Below, one piece after another: positions 62,498-64,000 of a stretch of 64,000 nt of DNA. The position numbers were made by a program, and so were the translations under genes. Under the pieces are notes generated by a model, which did no database searches, was not told the origin of the DNA, and worked only from the letters and a program-made list of their open reading frames with translations. This DNA comes from Acidimicrobiia bacterium (GTDB lineage Bacteria; Actinomycetota; Acidimicrobiia; Acidimicrobiales; JANYDT01), in contig JANLRD010000224.1 in the NCBI GenBank assembly GCA_031368215.1, positions 22,726-86,725 of the forward strand. The letters run 5' to 3'. Position 1 is the first letter of the stretch, and the number at the start of each line of letters is the position of its first letter.

Positions 62498-64000
62498 TGC
62501 CGTGCTCCGACCATCGATGGGTCGTCGCCTGCCGGGGCGATCGGAACGGGTTTGGCGGAGATGGATTCGTGTGATCCATCCGGAATGCTGGTCGGTGACG
62601 TGGGTCGGCGGCGACGACCGGGAAAGAGCGCCAGCAGCGTGCCGATACCCATGAGCGCGAGCCCGATCCACAGCCAGAGGATCATCGGCTGCACGTAGAA
62701 ACCGATCACCGCGCTGGCACCGGCCTCGGCGGGGGGCTGGACGAGTGTCACGTAAAGATCGCGGACGAACCCGGTCCGCACCGAAGGTGTCGGGACGGCC
62801 TGCCCGCGTTCAGCGAAACGGGTGATCGCCGGAGAGTCGATGCGCCCACCGTCGATGCGGACATCGGCCGCGATCTTGCGAACGACCGTCTGGGGATCGC
62901 TGTCGGCCGAGGTTCCACCTGTCGGCTTCACCTTCGCGAACTCCGTACGTACGCGTACGAGTTTGACGGTGTGACCTTTGAACGTCTTCGTCTCCCCTGC
63001 CTTCAGGACCAACTCGGTGTTCGACGAGTAGGACTGCGAGCAGGCAATGGCAACAGCGATGAGGATGACGCCGATGTGCACGACCATGCCACCATTGGCT
63101 CGCCCGAGCACACCGCGAACACGCGAGTCGCCTCGAGAACGCGCCGCTCTCGTGGCGAGGACGAGTTGGCGGATCGCCGAGCCACCGGCGAACGCGCCGA
63201 GGAACAGGGCAAGGAGCGTGTCGACCCCGCGCAGTCCGAACACCACGCACAGCACCAACACCACGAGCCCGAACGCCAATGGCCATCGGAGCCGGTCGGC
63301 CAGCACCTCGCCGGTCGTCTTGCGCCATGGCAGGACCGGCGCGACGGCCATGAGGAACAGCAGTGCGATGCCGATCGGCATGGTCAGCGCGTCGAAGTAC
63401 GGAGCACCAACGGAAAGACGGTCGTTGTTCCAGGCTTCGACGAGCAGCGGGAAGATCGTGCCGAGCAGGATCACGAACGCGAACGCCGCAAAGACCACGT
63501 TGTTGGCGAGAAACGCGCCTTCACGCGAGAGCGGCGAATCGATGGTGCCCGTGGAACGAAGGCGATCACCGCGCCAGAAGATGAGCCCGAGCGTGATGGC
63601 GACGCAGATCCCGAAGAACGACAGGATCCACGGGCCGATCTGTGAGTTCGAGAACGCGTGGACCGACGAGATCACTCCCGAGCGGGTCAGGAACGTTCCG
63701 AGGATCGTCAGGCAGAACGTGGCGCACAGAAGCGACAGGTTCCACACCCGGAGCAGTCCGCGCCGCTCCTGGACCATGACGGAATGAAGGTAGGCCGTAC
63801 CGGTGATCCAGGGCAGGAGCGACGCGTTCTCGACGGCATCCCACCCCCAATACCCGCCCCAGCCGAGCACTTCGTAACTCCACCATGCGCCCAGCCCGAT
63901 GCCGATGGTGAGGGCTCCCCACGCAACGAGCGTCCACCGCCGTGTTTCGACGAGCCAGCCCTCGCCGAGCCGTCCGGTGGCCATGGCGGCCACGGCGAAG
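62494..64000 (-). CDS. ccmF: Cytochrome c heme lyase subunit CcmF (C-terminal ~500 aa; the 5' end lies beyond the window)
   Basis: WWD-type motif GWGGYWGWDAVENASLLPWITGTAYLHS, plus LTRSGVISSVHAF. The reading frame stays open to position 64000. Confidence 0.92.
   Translation of the reverse strand, partial: FAVAAMATGRLGEGWLVETRRWTLVAWGALTIGIGLGAWWSYEVLGWGGYWGWDAVENASLLPWITGTAYLHSVMVQERRGLLRVWNLSLLCATFCLTILGTFLTRSGVISSVHAFSNSQIGPWILSFFGICVAITLGLIFWRGDRLRSTGTIDSPLSREGAFLANNVVFAAFAFVILLGTIFPLLVEAWNNDRLSVGAPYFDALTMPIGIALLFLMAVAPVLPWRKTTGEVLADRLRWPLAFGLVVLVLCVVFGLRGVDTLLALFLGAFAGGSAIRQLVLATRAARSRGDSRVRGVLGRANGGMVVHIGVILIAVAIACSQSYSSNTELVLKAGETKTFKGHTVKLVRVRTEFAKVKPTGGTSADSDPQTVVRKIAADVRIDGGRIDSPAITRFAERGQAVPTPSVRTGFVRDLYVTLVQPPAEAGASAVIGFYVQPMILWLWIGLALMGIGTLLALFPGRRRRPTSPTSIPDGSHESISAKPVPIAPAGDDPSMVGARQ

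Overview
High-GC window (roughly two-thirds G+C by eye, not computed) from a bacterial chromosome. Several markers point to Actinobacteria, possibly an Acidimicrobiia-like lineage, though no search was run to confirm this: a DUF3499 protein, the mycofactocin genes mftA and mftF, and an LAxTG sorting signal. The window has four parts. (1) 9-19,509 (+): one tightly packed, translationally coupled flagellar export and motor operon in the order fliI-fliJ-[peptidoglycan hydrolase]-fliK-flgD-flgE-flbD-motA-motB-fliL-fliM-fliN/Y-fliO-fliP-fliQ-fliR-flhB-flhA-flhF-like. (2) 19.5-39.5 kb: a small unknown ORF, a lower-GC gap with no convincing gene, a sensor-less hybrid histidine kinase (HisKA-HATPase-REC-HPt), an OmpR-type response regulator, and one uninterrupted 16.5 kb gene. 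That gene encodes a 5,497-aa surface protein with a signal peptide, DUF11-like domains, 35 SdrD-B/Cna-B-like modules and a C-terminal LAFTG sorting signal. (3) 39.7-60.3 kb: mostly housekeeping genes (methyltransferase, hpt, secreted alpha/beta hydrolase, enoyl-CoA hydratase, Zn peptidase, MBL hydrolase, acyl-CoA ligase, Mrp/ApbC, HTH regulator, MacB-type ABC pair, DUF3499, heme A synthase, small Mo-oxidoreductase, IMPDH-family protein). This block also holds a divergent mftF and a 43-codon mycofactocin precursor mftA (C-terminus IDGMCGVY), with no mftB/C/D/E nearby. (4) 60.4-64.0 kb (-): a System I cytochrome c maturation cluster (ccmF partial, ccmG, ccmH, ccmI-like) carrying an unusual 202-nt structured spacer between ccmG and ccmH. 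No rRNA, tRNA, CRISPR array, transposase or integrase was seen. The observations most worth follow-up are the flagellum / phosphorelay / giant adhesin neighbourhood, the FlhF-like protein with degenerate GTPase motifs, the tandem duplication at the flhB-flhA junction, the fused NlpC/P60+SLT hydrolase, the isolated mftA-mftF pair, and the ccm spacer.
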